Below, one piece after another: positions 42,880 to 56,600 of a DNA stretch of 64,000 nt. Positions within the stretch are counted from its first letter, which is position 1. Every line of letters begins with the position of its first letter. The stretch lies in the NCBI RefSeq assembly GCF_009914755.1, contig NC_060934.1; one strand, written 5' to 3'. Both the position numbers and the translations under genes were made by a program. Below the pieces are notes generated by a model. It ran no database searches, had not been told where the DNA came from, and saw only the letters and a program-made list of their open reading frames with translations. Origin of the DNA: the human T2T-CHM13v2.0 reference genome, Homo sapiens.

Positions 42880-43235
42880 AATTCATTTTATTATATGTGC
42901 TACTGTTATTCATGAAGCAGCTATGATAAGCGTTGTGCTAGGCAATGAAGATGCAATGATGAATAAGAGGCAGATCCTTCAAAGAGAGCACAGGTAAGTG
43001 GACTGGGCAAACAAGTAAAGAGACTTTCTCAGGGGAGTAGGAAAACAACTCAGGAAGGAATTCACGTCGGGCTGTAGTTGGAATTGAGAGACACCTACTG
43101 TAAGTTTAAAGGGTGAGTCAAACGGGGCTTCCTCCCCTGAGTTTGGGAGGGTAAGTGAGAGTTGGAAAAGCCAGAGAAAGCCAGGAAGAGAGGCATTCTT
43201 GCCTTTAAGGGTGAACTTCATTAGTGTTCACAGAA
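42880..43235 (-). mobile_element. L2 fragment
   Basis: gttgtgctaggcaatgaagatgcaatgatgaataagaggcag is an antisense L2 3' region. Confidence 0.65.
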
Positions 43236-44429
43236 GACAGAGAGGATGATGTCTTAGGAAAAGGACCACAGTTCAATGTGGCTGGAGGAGGTTACAGGAG
43301 AGAGAAAAGACAAGTGGACATTGTTCTTCTTTAGTTGTTTTAACAGCAAAGTTGTAGTTGTTAGGTTGTCTCTGCATAGACCCAGTGATGAAGGCAGTGG
43401 AGGAGGAAAGTAGATTTGTGTAAGACCACGGATTTTCTGAAAGCTGGGACATCTCAGTGACTCTTCACCTGTAGCCAAAGTTAAACCTGCACAAGTGGCT
43501 TCTCTCCTGGGTGATCTGCTGTTTCACTTTGGGTTAAAATCTTTTGCTTTCATATTGAGCGTAAGAGTTCAGAACACTGATGGAAAAAACTTGGCTCTTT
43601 GTTATTTTTCAGAAATGTATTTTTCTACATGACAATGGTAGAGTTGGGCTGTGCTTCATTTTGCAAACAGTGAAAAAGCTTTACTGTACTCGAGGTTCTG
43701 CCCTCTCATTACTGGTATGAATGGACGCAAAGATAGCCTCTTTGGCTTTGTGTTTTTATGTCTTTCCTACGTCATTATCATCTACTTTGCTACTTCTCTG
43801 CCATTTAGCCTCTCAGGGTATAATGGGTAGTAAAAAAACGTCGAAAGTACCTCCAAGCATCTGAATATTCCTGTGAAAGTTCTAATTGAAGGTTGTTACT
43901 TTCTGTTTCAGCCCTTGATCATCTTTGGAAGCTTCATAAAGAACTGAGACCTTAAAAATGGAAAATTTAGAAAGAACAAACCATTAATGTAGTAGTAAGC
44001 ATAAAGTTGGTTTTCACAGTTGTGTAACAGATTTCTGTAAGCTCTCTTTCTGGAAATACACAGTCTTAACTTCCAGCTGCCTGACACATGATGAACACCT
44101 ACAATATGATGCCCTTAAATCCTCCCTCAATTTCCTAACAAGCACATGGCTACCATTGCCACATTCCTGATTATTATTTCAGCCATCTCAAAGATTCTTA
44201 TATGCTTCTGCTGGCTTCACAAATTCACACTTTCCCCCCTCATTTATACTTCATTGCCAATGAAAAAAATAAATTACTGGAATGGATACATTGCAAAAAA
44301 ATTATCTTGTAGGTAATTTGTAGTTTTCTTGGCTCTTTAGAATGATTGAAAACAAAGGAAATTAGATGTATTTTTTGGGAGGTGGAACTGAATAGCAATA
44401 TAATTGATTTATGTAGTCTTAGGGTATTC

Positions 44430-44803
44430 TTTATTTGTTTAGTGGCTTAAACAACACAAATTTATTGTCCTGCATTTCTGGAGGTCACAAGTCCTCAAAT
44501 CAAGTTGTTGAAATGCTGTATTCCTTCTGGAAGCTCTAGGAAAGAATTTGTTTCCTTCCCTTTTGCAGCTCCTAGAGCTCATCTACATCCCTTGGCCTGT
44601 GGCCCCATCTTCCTTATTCTAAGCCGGCAAAGTTGCATTTCTCTGATCTTTCTTCCGTGGGACACCGCTGGCTAAATCTCCTGTTCTGCCTCTTTCTCAC
44701 ACTTAAAAGGAACCTTGTGATTACACTAGGCCCACATGGATAATTGAGGATAGTCTCCCTATCTTAAAGTCAATTGATGAGTAACTTTAATTCCATCTGC
44801 AAT
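44430..44803 (-). mobile_element. MLT1 (C/D/E-like) LTR
   Basis: gtggcttaaacaacacaaatttatt ... ccttgtgattacactaggcccac ... ttaattccatctgcaa. Confidence 0.88.
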
Positions 44804-44825
44804 TTCCACCTAGAATTTCCCATTC

Positions 44826-45910
44826 TGTTCCCAAACTGATACGGGGTTCATTCACCCAGTGCACAGAACAAGACAATACTGACACCAGGATTTGCAGCAA
44901 GAGAAAGTGAACTAATTATTGCATGGTCCCAAGCAAGGAGAATAGGCTGCTACTGCTTAAGACCTGAACTTCCAGATGGCCAAGAGGCAAAGAATTGAAA
45001 GGCAGGGGTACATTTTAGAAAAGAAGAACTTACAGGCAAAATTGTACATCAATACATGGAGGTTATACATTGGTTTGGCCCAGCAGGGTGGGATATCTTC
45101 AAGTGGGGTCTTACAGGTCATTGGTAAGTTTAGAGATTCTTTGATTTGCAATTGGTCAAGGAAGCAAGGCTTTGTCTAAAAAGTTGGGGTCAGCAGAAAA
45201 GAATATGAGAGTTTGGCCTGTGGGTTTTCCTCTATCCAGGTGACCCTCAGGAAGAAATTTAGAACAAAGAAGAATGACAATTGGAATTCGGTCCTCCTTT
45301 CCCTCTTTTTTTTTTTTTTTTTTTTTGACAGAGTTTCCATCTTGTTGCCCAGGCTGGAGTGCAATGTTGCGATCTTGGCTCACTGCAATATCCACCTCCT
45401 GAGTACAAGCAATTCTCCTGCCTCAGCCTCTTGAGTATCTGGGATTATAGGTATCCACCACCACGCCCAGCTAATTTTGTATTTTTGGTGGAGATGGGGT
45501 TTTACTCTGTTGGTCAGCCTGGTTTCAAACTCCTGACCTCAGGTGATCCACCAGCCTCAGCCTCCCAAAGTGCTGGGATTATAGGCATAAGCCACCACTC
45601 CTGGCCTCCGTTCCCTCTTGTCTGAGGCCTATGTGACAGGGCTCAGCATTTTCCAACTGGTGGAGATCTGTATTTCTGTAGAACATCTCAGGGACATAGG
45701 TCAAGGGGTATGTTCAGTTTCTATAAGGAGCCAAACATCGGGTAACTTTAACTTACTTGGGGGCTATTTTTTAAGCTATTATTACCTTCTTACTTCTCAG
45801 GTTGCTCCCTGACTCCTCAAGGCTAACTAAGTACCTGCAATTTCTCTTGAAGGGACTCACAATTTTTCCTTTATTTCCATGCTTGTGGGGAGGCGTGTGG
45901 CAGGCTTCTA
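44826..45910 (-). mobile_element. ERV1 LTR of the MER4-related group (MER39/MER34/LTR48-like), split by an Alu
   Basis: catcaatacatggaggttatacattggtttggccc ... cttacaggtcattggt ... gcaattggt. Exact subfamily uncertain. Confidence 0.7.
45306..45606 (-). mobile_element. AluS (Sq/Sp-like) nested in the LTR
   Basis: Full dimer; TSD ttccctctt. Confidence 0.95.
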
Positions 45911-46356
45911 GAGGCCACTCACAAACTGGGGCTCATGGCCTTCTTCCATATTCAGACCAACAGCATCACATCTTCAAATTCCTCTCTCACTCACCAGTCT
46001 CGGGGTATTCTCAATGTGCGAAGAAAGACCTGGTGGAGGTAAAGTTTCATCCTTGGAAACTGCAGAAAAAAATATAGTGTGTATGTATAAATGTACCCTT
46101 GAAAAATCAGAAGGAGAGCCTCTCTGAAATTTGGTTATTTGTTGTCAACATTAATAAATACATTGTAATAAAATGTCTGTAAAATATCAGCATTAAAAAT
46201 ATTAGAAAGTTTCAACTAGGTTTAAACAAGTCATTTGTCAATGCCTATTTAGAAATTAAAACTGTTATCTGGGGGCTGTAGAACCCGTTTCAATGTGATA
46301 CGTGGCTTTGTAATGTTTTTATTTATTTTATATTTTTTGAATTGAATTGAAAAAGC

Positions 46357-46586
46357 TCTTTTTTAACCTTTATTTTGGGTTTGGGGGTACATGTGGAGGT
46401 TTGTTACATAGACAGATTGTGTTTCACGGGGAATTTGTGTAGAGATTATTTTGTCACCGAGGTAATAGGCATAATACCCGATAGGTAGTTTTTTTGATCC
46501 TCTCTCTCCTCCCACCCGCCACCCTCAATAGTCTCCAGTGTCTGTCATTCCCTTCTTTGTGACCATTTCTTCTCAATATTTAGCTT
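46357..46586 (-). mobile_element. L1PA15/16-like 3'UTR fragment
   Basis: ggggtacatgtggaggtttgttacatag ... gattattttgtcacc. Confidence 0.88.
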
Positions 46587-47334
46587 AATAGGTAGTTTTA
46601 TATGAGATTTGGAAGCTTAGTCTAGTCATCTTCATGTGCATTAAAATAAGGGAGTCCATGTGCCCAGGAGTTCTGCCAACGTTTAGCAAACTATTGGCAC
46701 ATTCTCGGAAATAGCAACCAATGTCTTGCAATGTCTGCACCTGATCAAAATGTAATGTAGTTTATTCATTTTCTGACTCTATAAAATTAGCTTGAAAAGA
46801 AAATGTTAACTCTATGCCATTGAAACAAAAAATATGACCCTTATTTTTAAATTCATATTTAGTTACATAATTACCCAGTCAGTAGGTAGAGACCACTACT
46901 AGTGTATATTCTGTTGATTTATTTTCAAAAAATTTACCCTCTGTTTAATAAAATACATTTGTTTTCCTTGAAAACTGTTTTAGTGTATTTACTCTATCAG
47001 CATATACTTTTTGACCTTGACACTTTATTCTTCTTTAAATATTATTTCAAAACATACCAAGTATATAGAAATTACCAAGATGAAGCATATTTGTGGTTAA
47101 TTCAAAACTTTTAATGAGAAACTGCAAACCTTAAGTTAAAATATGTAAGATATTTTTATTTCTTGTAAGTTTTTTGTTGACATTTGATTATACCCTCGGT
47201 GATAATTTTTTTGTTAAAAATATGCTAGCACCTTCTGCCCTATCCCACAGATTATTATGGGCATATTAGAGTGACTTGTCATAGGCTTTAGAGTTAGAGA
47301 ACTCAGGGTTCAAGATTTGGCTCTATACTTTTCA

Positions 47335-47767
<433 letters not shown>

Positions 47768-48647
47768 CTAAGCCAACATTTTTTCTCATTTGTACAACAT
47801 ATTAATAACTATATCATAGGAATCTTGTGAGGATTAAATTAAAGAATAAGCACAATGTGGTTAGTTATTATATTACTTTTAATGTTACATTTAAACATTT
47901 AATTAATATTTAATATATTGAATAGTATTTATTTGTATTTAATTATCTGAAGTGTTTTATTTTTATCTTATTTAACGTAATAACAATGCTAGAACCATAG
48001 CTATAGCTTTGTTAGTTATTATTATCTTTTTAATTTTTTTTAACTCCCCCACCACCCACTCCCCCGCCACTGCCAGCTCGCCTTACGTTATTGGTTAGAA
48101 AACAAGTGCAAATATAATTTAGGATTCATTATGGAGGAATATGCAATAATGCAATGGTCATTAAAGCCTTTAATAAGTCATTATGAGCTTATCCTTTGAT
48201 GTTGTTTTATAAAAGCACTCTATGGGGGTTTGGACATTCTCTTGAAGGAACAAGATAAAGGTAATTTCTGGTGAGACTCACATAGTCTTGGAGAGGAAAG
48301 CAGGATGATCCCTAAGAGAAAGTAAGGATTTCTTTGTAATGTTTTGCACAAATGCGACAAAGGGAACAAACTTGGGGTCTTATTCAAGTGACTATTATAA
48401 AATGATTGAAATGAAGAGATACTGCAGCGTAAAACCCAAATTAAGTAAAGATAGACAGGGAGGAGGAGAAATGCACATCAAAGGGAAAAGGTCAAATCAA
48501 CTAGGGTAGTTCAGCAAAATTCAAAGTGGAAAATGTGACATCTGTTCTTCACCTCTGAATATAGTTAAAGGTGATGAATTAACTGAAATAATGTATGAAA
48601 AATGCAAATGCTTTTATCGTTTCCAGGCATTAGTAAGTACTAAATGA

Positions 48648-48970
<323 letters not shown>

Positions 48971-49079
48971 TACTACTACTATTTGTACTTCAACTATTAC
49001 TATTATGTTACATTTGTTTCTATGTAACACCTGTTTGGTGTCAGGCTCAGATGAGGAGAGAAAATCTGTCATATGTAAC

Positions 49080-49290
49080 TTAATTACTGCTTGCTGTGCA
49101 CTGGATTCTGTGTTATGTGCTTACATGCATGATCTCATGTAATACATACAGCAAAGCAGGTTCCATCAGGTAGATTCTGCGATTATCTCCTTTATACAGA
49201 TGAATAAGCTGAGATTTAGATTGAATGAATTGTCCAAGACCAGAGCTGGGATTTGACCTCTGGGCAGTTTGGTTGCTAGGAGCCATTAGG
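49080..49290 (-). mobile_element. MIR
   Basis: tttatacagatgaataagctgag ... agagctgggatttga. Confidence 0.75.
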
Positions 49291-49838
49291 AACTGATTTA
49301 ATGCTTTCTCATCACAAGGGATTGTCAGGGACAGAAGGCAGGTCTAGATCCTCTTGGAAGCTGGAACATTATAGTATTTAGTGTCCCAAGAAGAGAAGAA
49401 CAGCAAAGCAAGAGGTAACACCATTTTTCTTCCTAAAGAACAGCACCATTTTTTCTTCCTAAAGAATTAGGACCTCATGAAGAGAACTGTTCACATATAC
49501 GGCAAAGGAATTGATGAGGACCTTGTCATTCTTTTAACCACATTGTGTTGACTTGGGGACATTCCGTCATGAACCCTTTAATAATTAGAAGATAAATAAA
49601 AGAGCTGTCAAAACATAGAAGACAGACCATAGCATCATGTTAGTGCCAAATTGTATCACAGTGAGAAATTTTATTATAAGGTTTCCTTTTTTAAATTCTT
49701 TGAGCTAAAAGTCCTTTCCAAATATAATCTTATCAGTGAGGACCATCCTGATATTTCCCATTTAATTGTGCAGATTGATCATCCAATATCCGTTTCTTGT
49801 CTATTTGGCTCCCATGAGTCTTTTCCTCTAGTGTATCA

Positions 49839-50153
<315 letters not shown>

Positions 50154-50179
50154 TTACATTGTTTACCATATGCCCATTT

Positions 50180-50300
50180 CCTTAAGTGTAACCCTATAAA
50201 GGCAAGCATTTCTGTCTTTTTTATTTACTTTTATCTTTCCAGAACCTGGATGGGTACCTGGCATGTTAGGCACTTAATAAGTCATTATTGAATGAATGAA
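50180..50300 (+). mobile_element. L2 3' end
   Basis: gtacctggcatgttaggcacttaataagtcattattgaatgaatgaa. Confidence 0.8.
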
Positions 50301-51636
50301 AGGCACCTTTTCAGGGTGAGTAGGCTGCAATGCTGGTTTGGAGCAATGGGTGAGTTACTTTTCTTCAGAAAATCCAACAGGTTAAAGAAGAAATTTCAGG
50401 GACCATTAGCCATGAAATAGTCCAGGACATGAACGAAGACATCTGCAAAGGCAACGCAGGTCAAGTAGGAGAGAAATTGTAGAAGACAGCCCAGGCCATT
50501 TCATCCCTGAGGTGACGTTCAGCCCCATAATGGCGAGCACCTCAAAGCAGGATTGAAAAGTCAAGGAAATCTCACTCACCTTGACAGTGGTGACAGCTCT
50601 ATTAGAAGCCATGATAGGTCAAAATTGGCAAATGTAGCAAGAATGAAAATCGGGACTGGAAGTCAGTGGCCTCATAAGGAGAATCAGCCCAGCAGAGCTG
50701 GTGTCAGTCATTAATTATTTTGTCCTAAGGTCACTATGTACTTGAAATGTTTCTGTAGTTTTACCCTTAAGTGCTTAGTAAAGTTCCCTGAATAATTTTG
50801 ACTTTGGCTTAGCTTAACTAAGGGTAAAAGCATTTCAGCCACACCTAGACAAATGTGGTTCGGAGTTTGGGATGTTCCAGAGGGAGAGGGGTGTTAGCTG
50901 TGGAGTTAAGAAACCGGGTGGGGCTCAGGGGAACTGGGCAGAGTTAGAGACAGGGTGGGGGTGATTGGGCTTGGGTCGGCATCCATGAGTTCCCTCCAGG
51001 CTGTTCTCTGGCAAAGAGGGCTATGATCATGGGACATACTTGTTCCCTGGGACAAGTCAACCCAAATGTAAAAAAAACACACCATTTGTTGCACCCTGGG
51101 ACACGCTTTTAAATTTTCTCTGGGTCTCCTTGAAGGTCACCAGTGTGCGGGAAAGAGTCTGGACTGTTTGGTTCACTCCCGTTTTCCACATATCTAATCT
51201 TTATGCTGATTCAAATGATTACAAAACTCCTAACAGAACAGTTTGACTATTGGCACCAAAGAATTGTTTTGACAGGAAATCTCCTAATACAGCAAAACGG
51301 TCGGTACAGGTTCAAAACAAGGGTGTTCATGCTGTGTTTTTATCATGTGCTCCAAAGTGCACTGAAGTTCACGACCGATGTTTGTCCATGGAGTTCCCAG
51401 AGTGCTTTGTGGCAGAGATTTCGGGTGGAGGGAGCCTAGAGATGCCTTAGAAATGATAAAGAAACAAAACAAAACAAAACTCTTCTATGGGATGCTGGCT
51501 GATTCCATGCTTATTGGATGGCACACTCAACAGAGTAGTTTGTGGGTCTGTTTGTTTTGTTTTGTGGATTATGGTTTTAGATTTAAAGGGAGTGTGTATC
51601 TAATCCAGCTTTCCACTACTGGAATGTTGGGATTAA

Positions 51637-51894
<258 letters not shown>

Positions 51895-52739
51895 TAGTTT
51901 TAGCAAATCTGGACTTGACAAAAACATTTGTAAAATATCTTATAAAATGTTATATAAAGTTTACTTTTTACTAGAAAATGTACATGATAAGAAATTCCAT
52001 TTCATTTATTTGGTATCACAAAGATCTATTTCCACTGCAAAGTAAGATTAGGGGTGTTTGGTGGCATGCAGTATTTGGTACTCCCTAAAATGGTCTGGCA
52101 TCAAAATGAGGTTTGAGAGTAACTTCTGGGAACCAATTTTTTAGTTCTTGTGAGGACTTACCATAAATGATTTGTGAGGTTTTTTTCTTTATGTTGAGGC
52201 CAGATTTCCATACTCTTAAAACTTCAGGTGTGGATCTGGGTGGCCAAAGAAGGCAGAGAAGGACAGAGCCAGTTCAGCAAGGTTGTCAATAGATGTATGA
52301 AACTCTTCTCACTAAATTAGGCTTAACCCAATACACAGTTTTCTAGCAAAGTTCAGCAACACTTACGATCACAGTGGATTGTCTCTGTTACTCCTGCCAA
52401 TGAAATCAGCAGCAAGTGTAGGACTATTAATGAGCTTGTATTTATGATTTAATTTAGAGTGCAGGTCTAACTTCAGGAAAACGACATGCAGTAGACCTGC
52501 AGAGCATTTGAGATAAAGCCTTTTTTCTGTTTGGAAACAATTTCTATTAGGCAGACATGGAACAATTTTCTTTTAAACCATGGATCTCCTCTTACTGGTT
52601 AGTACTGAGGGGAGCAACTCACTTTCTAGAAATAGAGTCTTCCTAAGTTCCATAGGGCACATCAGCTGCTCTTTCCTACTTTGCTCAACCTCGGCTGGTC
52701 ATTGACTCTCAATCTTGTTCGTTGTAAAAGACATTGTAA

Positions 52740-53285
52740 TGTGTAGGAATTGCAAAAGTAGGATCCCTGCCCTCAGTGGACTGTAGGTCTAAGAGAAGAA
52801 TAAGTAAAACACAAAAGCACTTAGAATATAAGGTGTCATATGCTTGAGAACAGGATCATATTGCTAAAGGACTGAATGCGTTGGATGCAGACAAGCGAAT
52901 TTTCTTTCTAGGAGCTGGGGTATTATTAGACAAGGCTTCTTGAAAGAAATAACATTTGAATTGAACTTTAAAGAGTATATGTGATGTTAGTAGGTACAGT
53001 TAGAGGCAGAAAGCATTTCAGTTAAAGGGATCAGAAGGCCGGAAAAGCTGAGTGCTTGTCTAGGGGACCCGTGGGATATCTGGCCCGACTGTCAGGGAAG
53101 TTGGGGGATTTTTCAGAGACGAGGATGGGAAGGTTCATTGGCACCTGTTCTTCGAGGTTCTTGTGCAAGGCTAAGGAATGTAACCTACTTATGACCTGGG
53201 AGAAGCAACTGTCAGAATTGTTGTAGAGGAAACCTCGTCATGGGGCAGATGATTCATCGAAATGACTTCTCTGGCACCCTCTAAC
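52740..53285 (-). mobile_element. L2 fragment
   Basis: tccctgccctcagtggac...; aaggcttcttgaaagaaataacatttgaattgaac. Confidence 0.75.
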
Positions 53286-54694
53286 AGCATCACTCCTTAA
53301 GCCAATCGTATTTTTCTCAGAATGAAGGTGCAAAAATTAAATCATGCATGCAAAGCAGTTCGTAGGTGCTCCATAGTATGTGGTTAGCCTTATAATGCTT
53401 ACTTAGGATCCGATGTAGGAAGTGGTGCAGAAGGCAGAATTGTATGCCATTTAGTTTTTCGGTTAATGTTCAATAATATGGCAGCAGTAGAAAATAAACA
53501 GGAAAGAAATGCTGGATGGAGTTAGCGGCTCTTTCTCAGTTTTACTCATTGACTGTGTCACAAAAAGTAGGTAACTGAAGGTTGTAATGAGCATCATGGA
53601 TGTAATAGAATGCTATGGTTTTTATTCAAGAATAACAATCCAAGAGGTTAAAAAGATAAAATGGAATAAAGTTCATTTTTAGAAATATTTTTAAGTAGAA
53701 TTTTTGAATAACCTAGTTAGGATTATGCCAGCTAACGACCTTGATAATTAACAGTCATAGAGGTAGTAAAAGGTCCAAAACTTAGCTAGAAAATAAAAGA
53801 TAAGTAAGATGGAAATAAAGGTGCTGTATGGTGTGTGTGTGCACACGTGTGCACTAGTCAATGTTCAATCTCTTCCCAGAATGCTCAGCTGAACATAAAT
53901 AGGATTTAGAGTTCTTATTGTGAATTTCTGTTTTATAGCAGAAATGGAAATCCAAAATGTGATTAATTCAAATTTTCTAAGACATCAACAGCAAAATTTG
54001 TTTCCTTCAACTGTCTATTTTCCTTTCAAAATAAAATAAAATACGAGCATTTGAGAATCAGAGAGATGAGAGATTTTTGTCCTCTCTCTCTAGTTCAATG
54101 TCATGTAAAATATGGGACATTTTGATTAAGAGAGAATAGCTTGACATGTTGATTTTTTTGATGTGTGCAAAAGCAGTCTATGCAAATTTATTTCTGAAAT
54201 TTTTGTAACATTTTTCTTGAAAAAAAATAACCTTAGCAGCATTTTTCTGGAGCATTTTCTTCAGACGGACTCCACAAAATTTGAGGACAATCAGTGGTGG
54301 GGATTATGAGTTCAAACACTGGTTCCTAGTTTATCCTTCCCCATTTCTTATTTTCAAGTCCTGTTTACACTATGGGTCTGGGAGAGTAATAAAGGAACCA
54401 GAAGGAAAAAAAATAGGTCAGGAGGAAGGATTTGGGATTGCAGAGTAAGAGATCGTTTCTATTGTGGTAAAATGAGTTTTGCTATCTTTGAAATTGATTT
54501 GAAACCAGTAAGAGAAAATTATGCTTCAACATTTCAAAACCTTTGCAGAAACTGGATCTTTTTCTCAGCTTGATTGTGGTGAAATGTATACAAAGATGTG
54601 ATTTTGGTTTCTCAACCCACATTATGCTGCATGTATATCTTCCTCTAAGAAAGGAAAAGATTTTAAAAGCCAATTTTTAGAGAGGAAACAAAGC

Positions 54695-54925
<231 letters not shown>

Positions 54926-55404
54926 TCACTCCTGTATGTGTCTAGTGATAGGAACTCTGTATATCAGTGTTTTTCAATTTAATTTCACAGTGTTTCATAG
55001 ATTTTTGAGTTATGACAATGTTGCATAGCAGATAAAAGCATTTCTGTTTCTAACAACTGTAACTGTTGTCAGGTTAAATATTATCTTTTGGCTAGCTTAA
55101 AGTTGTTAAACTCAGATGTTTCATAGGTGTTATTACAAATTACATTGCAGGTACTTAAAAAAACTCGTACAAAAACGTATCTGATCTTCTGGTAATTAAT
55201 ATTAGCCATAGATTGCCCACATTGAAAGAAGGTTAGAAAATATGTGATTCTATCTAAAATGAAAATTCAATTAAAGATTTGAAGATGACCTCAATAAGTT
55301 GTTTGCATTTCACCGAATATAAATTGATCACTGAATTCTGTGGTGGTAAAATAACACTAGTGATATTCTGATAAAAGCTATTTATTTTTTAGATCAGTAA
55401 AATA

Positions 55405-55510
55405 AGGGAGGGAAAGTGAAGTGAGATAGAATGAGGAGAGAGAGGGAGGGGAGTTGAAGGGAGATAGAATGAGAAAGAGAGAGAGGGAGGGGAGAGAGGG
55501 AGAGAGAGAA
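55405..55510. repeat. Purine-rich tract with a ~38-nt imperfect tandem duplication
   Basis: gagatagaatgag...agagggagggg occurs twice. Confidence 0.85.
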
Positions 55511-55594
55511 TTAGATGATATAACTGTAGCAAACTGGGACTTGACAAAGTTTTTCTAGGTCAACATTATTTCTATTAGTTTGTATTCAAATCCA

Positions 55595-56050
55595 ACTCCA
55601 TAGATTGTTCTTCGCCCCCATAACTCAGTCTCCCTTTCTTCCAGGGTAATACAATTCTTAGTTGGGCACATGGCTTATTAGCTTATGAAGTATTTTCTCA
55701 TACACCCATGCATCTAGATATGACTATGTGACTAAGTTTTTGCCCATTATGAGTAGAAATGATGTGTGCAAAATCTCTCTTACTTTTTCTTTAAAAAGTA
55801 AAAGATTGCTTCCTTTCCGTGTGGGCTGGAATGTGGACCTGATAACCCAGCCTCAAGTATGTATCCAAGGGCCATGCCCTAGTGGATCGATGAAGTAGAT
55901 GGCACCGGCGTTCCCGAATGACCTAATGGAGCAAAACTACTCTCTCGGCCTGGCCGCCTGCCTGCCTCTGGAGAGAAAAATAAACTTGTAACTTCATTGA
56001 GCCACTATTCGGGGCTTTTTTATAATAGCTTAGTCTGTCCCTTAATTATT
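55595..56050 (+). mobile_element. LTR33/LTR16-like ERVL LTR
   Basis: tgtgactaagtt...agaaatgatgtgtgcaa; ggctggaatgtggac; aaataaactt...gagccact. Confidence 0.75.
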
Positions 56051-56447
56051 TCAGTGCTTGAAGTATATTCTTTAAAGCTTTAATGAGTTTTCCTTCCCTC
56101 TTATTTGGTCCTCAACATGGGTTTTGCATCAATGGAGTAGCATGTCCTACTTAACAAAATGCCAGAAAGTAAGTGCCTTGGTGAGGCTTTAAGCAGCTTC
56201 CAGCAGCATTGCCACAATATGTCCCATAATGATCAACCCTGATGAATTTTGAGAATATGCATAGTAAAGACATTTAGACTGGGCTTGAGCAAGAAAGAAT
56301 TTGTCAAGTCATTGAAAATAAGTAAGAATGACTGTTCTATAAGCTATAAATGTACTTTTTACAAATTATTGGCTATAACATATGTGGAATATAAATATTT
56401 GGAAAATATCATATGGGCCTCACATATTTTTTTTTTATCAGACTCTT

Positions 56448-56600
56448 GATTTTTTTTTTTAAAGAGATAGAGTCTCACTCTGTCACCCAGGCTGGCATGA
56501 GATTATGCCATTGTAGCTCATTGCAGCCTCAAACTCCTGGGCCCAAGTGATCCTCCTGTCTCAGCCTCCTAAGTATCTGAACTACAACCATGTACCAGTA
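56448..56600 (-). mobile_element. Alu right monomer (J/FRAM)
   Basis: Single antisense right arm. Confidence 0.85.

Noticed and set aside
50369-50482. Protein-looking frame KIQQVKEEISGTISHEIVQDMNEDICKG after an acceptor-like site
   Set aside because: The DNA resembles a decayed antisense L2 segment, and the frame ends in a stop.
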